64,000 nt of DNA from Planktothrix sp. GU0601_MAG3 (lineage in GTDB: Bacteria; Cyanobacteriota; Cyanobacteriia; Cyanobacteriales; Microcoleaceae): the NCBI GenBank assembly GCA_035193785.1, contig CP136572.1:1056001-1120000 (forward strand), in the 5' to 3' direction. A program made the position numbers and the translations under genes. The notes below the pieces were generated by a model, which was not told the DNA's origin, did not search any database, and saw only the letters and a list, made by a program, of their open reading frames with translations. Each line of letters begins with the position of its first letter. Positions within the stretch are counted from its first letter, which is position 1. Positions 62,489 to 64,000 of the stretch are shown piece by piece.

Positions 62489-62500
62489 GAGAGATTAATC

Positions 62501-62821
62501 ATGGCTTTTGAATCAAGTTTAGAGATTAAAGGTGATGTGGCAATTATCACCATGTCTGGGGAATTAGATGCAGCATCTGCTCCTCAATTAAAAGCAAATG
62601 TAGAAAAAGCTGCGGCCACTTCCCCTCAACGTTTAGTTTTAGATATGAAGGGGTTAGAATTTATGGCTAGTGCGGGGTTACGGTTGATTGTTTTTTCTAA
62701 GCAAAAAATGGGGGAAAAGGTTGATCTTTATATTGCAGGCGCGCCGGAAATGGTGATCGATACCTTAGAAAAAGCGGGATTTCATCACAGTGTGAGCATC
62801 GTGGATGAATACACAGATTAA
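62501..62821 (+). CDS. STAS anti-sigma-factor antagonist
   Basis: GELDAASAP and FMASAGLR motifs. Confidence 0.92.
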   Translation: MAFESSLEIKGDVAIITMSGELDAASAPQLKANVEKAAATSPQRLVLDMKGLEFMASAGLRLIVFSKQKMGEKVDLYIAGAPEMVIDTLEKAGFHHSVSIVDEYTD

Positions 62822-62928
62822 GGCGTAAAAAAAGGGGTTTCAACGGGGAAGGTAGGGTTTTGATCTGAAATATTGATCTCATCCTAGCCTTTTCTCTCCG
62901 GTCAAAATTAATAGGCATTACAATTATT

Positions 62929-64000
62929 ATGAAATCCAAAGTTACATTTTCTAATAGTCTGCGATTTCGACTCATCGTTATTACGTTACTAGCGGTGATT
63001 CCTCCGGTATTATTGGGATGGTATATCCTGAAAAAACAAGCCACGAATTACCTATATGAAGATGCCAAACAAGATCTACTTCGAGGCGGAGAATCCTTTG
63101 GCAAATATGTCGGAGAGTGGCAAGCCAAACAGTTCCAGACTTTAAAGATTATTAAAAAGCTACCTTTTATTCAAAGTCAAGATCGAGAGTTACAACAACA
63201 GGTTTTACAAAATATTAGTTCTCTTTTACCCGCCAGTGGTTTTGATATTGTTAATATTAATGGTCAGGGGATAGCAACGACGGAAAAAGCCGTCGCCAAT
63301 TATCAGGATAGAAAGTGGTTTCAAGCCATTAAATCTGGCAATGAATATGGGACACAAACCTTAATTGGTCGTGTTAGTAAACGCCCCAGACAGTGTTTTT
63401 CCACAGGTCTCAATAATCCAGAGACCCAACAATTAAACTTAGTTATTGCCCTCTGTATTGATTTACAATTAATTGCGGATAACCTGAAAGTAGAAATTCA
63501 AAGTGCAGCCCCAGAAAGTCGAGGGTTTGTTGTCAGTAAAGAGGGGATTTTGATTGCGGATTCTAGTGAAGAAAATCATATCCCCCTACAGGAACGAAAA
63601 AATTATCCTCCCGTGGCTGCTGCATTGCAAGGGACTATCGGATATTTTCCCTTTACCGATGAAAAGGGAATTCAGATTATTTCCCAGATTGTTCCCATTG
63701 GTAATGATTGGATTGCTATTATTGAAAAAGATGAAAAAACAGTCTTCAGAAATGTTACCTTTTTTAATTTGACTTCGACAATTTTGGGGATATTAATTCT
63801 GGGATTAATTACGGCTGTAATTTGGTATATTTCAGGTCATATTACCCGTCCAATTTTAGACTTAACCACAGCGGCTAAAAAATTGTCCGATGGGGATTTA
63901 GAAACCCGAGTTGAGGTGAATCGGGATGATGAAATTGGGACTTTAGCCAATACGTTTAACAGTATGGCAAAACGGTTAAATGAACTGATTGCAACTGAAG
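62929..64000 (+). CDS. Membrane sensor with Cache and HAMP domains, 3'-partial; probable IcfG-like PP2C phosphatase
   Basis: Not in the ORF track because it is open to the window edge: MKSKVTFSNSLRFRLIVITLLAVIPP (transmembrane), YQDRKWF (Cache), a second transmembrane helix, then ITRPILDLT...DEIGTLANTFNSM (HAMP). The PP2C identity is inferred from synteny only. Confidence 0.8.
   Translation, partial: MKSKVTFSNSLRFRLIVITLLAVIPPVLLGWYILKKQATNYLYEDAKQDLLRGGESFGKYVGEWQAKQFQTLKIIKKLPFIQSQDRELQQQVLQNISSLLPASGFDIVNINGQGIATTEKAVANYQDRKWFQAIKSGNEYGTQTLIGRVSKRPRQCFSTGLNNPETQQLNLVIALCIDLQLIADNLKVEIQSAAPESRGFVVSKEGILIADSSEENHIPLQERKNYPPVAAALQGTIGYFPFTDEKGIQIISQIVPIGNDWIAIIEKDEKTVFRNVTFFNLTSTILGILILGLITAVIWYISGHITRPILDLTTAAKKLSDGDLETRVEVNRDDEIGTLANTFNSMAKRLNELIATE

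Overview
This is a low-GC chromosomal segment from a filamentous cyanobacterium. HIP1 (GCGATCGC) sites, STRR heptamer repeats and gene content suggest an Oscillatoriales/Planktothrix-like host, which is an inference. Left to right it contains: a DUF559 nuclease and part of a cyanobactin cluster (patA-patB-patC); gap1/pfkA; thrB; a NarL-type two-component pair divergent from kdpA-B-(G/F)-C-truncated kdpD; rplY; an anaerobic-energy block (DHODH-like, nifJ, hypC, a complete group II intron, hoxEF-hcp-hoxUYH-hoxW-hypAB); nurA; a variable island (gene remnants, IS701 scar, two-GAF cyanobacteriochrome hybrid kinase); a type I R-M operon with toxin/antitoxin-like genes inserted; and an icfG-type partner-switching cluster that runs off the right edge. 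The strongest hidden signal is that all 33 frameshifts I could localise in otherwise intact genes are extra A/T bases in one motif, GAAC/GTTC read as GAAAC/GTTTC. That points to a motif-specific sequencing error, plausibly the footprint of a DNA modification such as Dnd phosphorothioation (GpsAAC/GpsTTC), rather than real pseudogenes. The second signal is a palindromic repeat family encoding PPLxKGGLGG that is fused to the DUF559 gene and also occurs as free-standing MITE-like copies.
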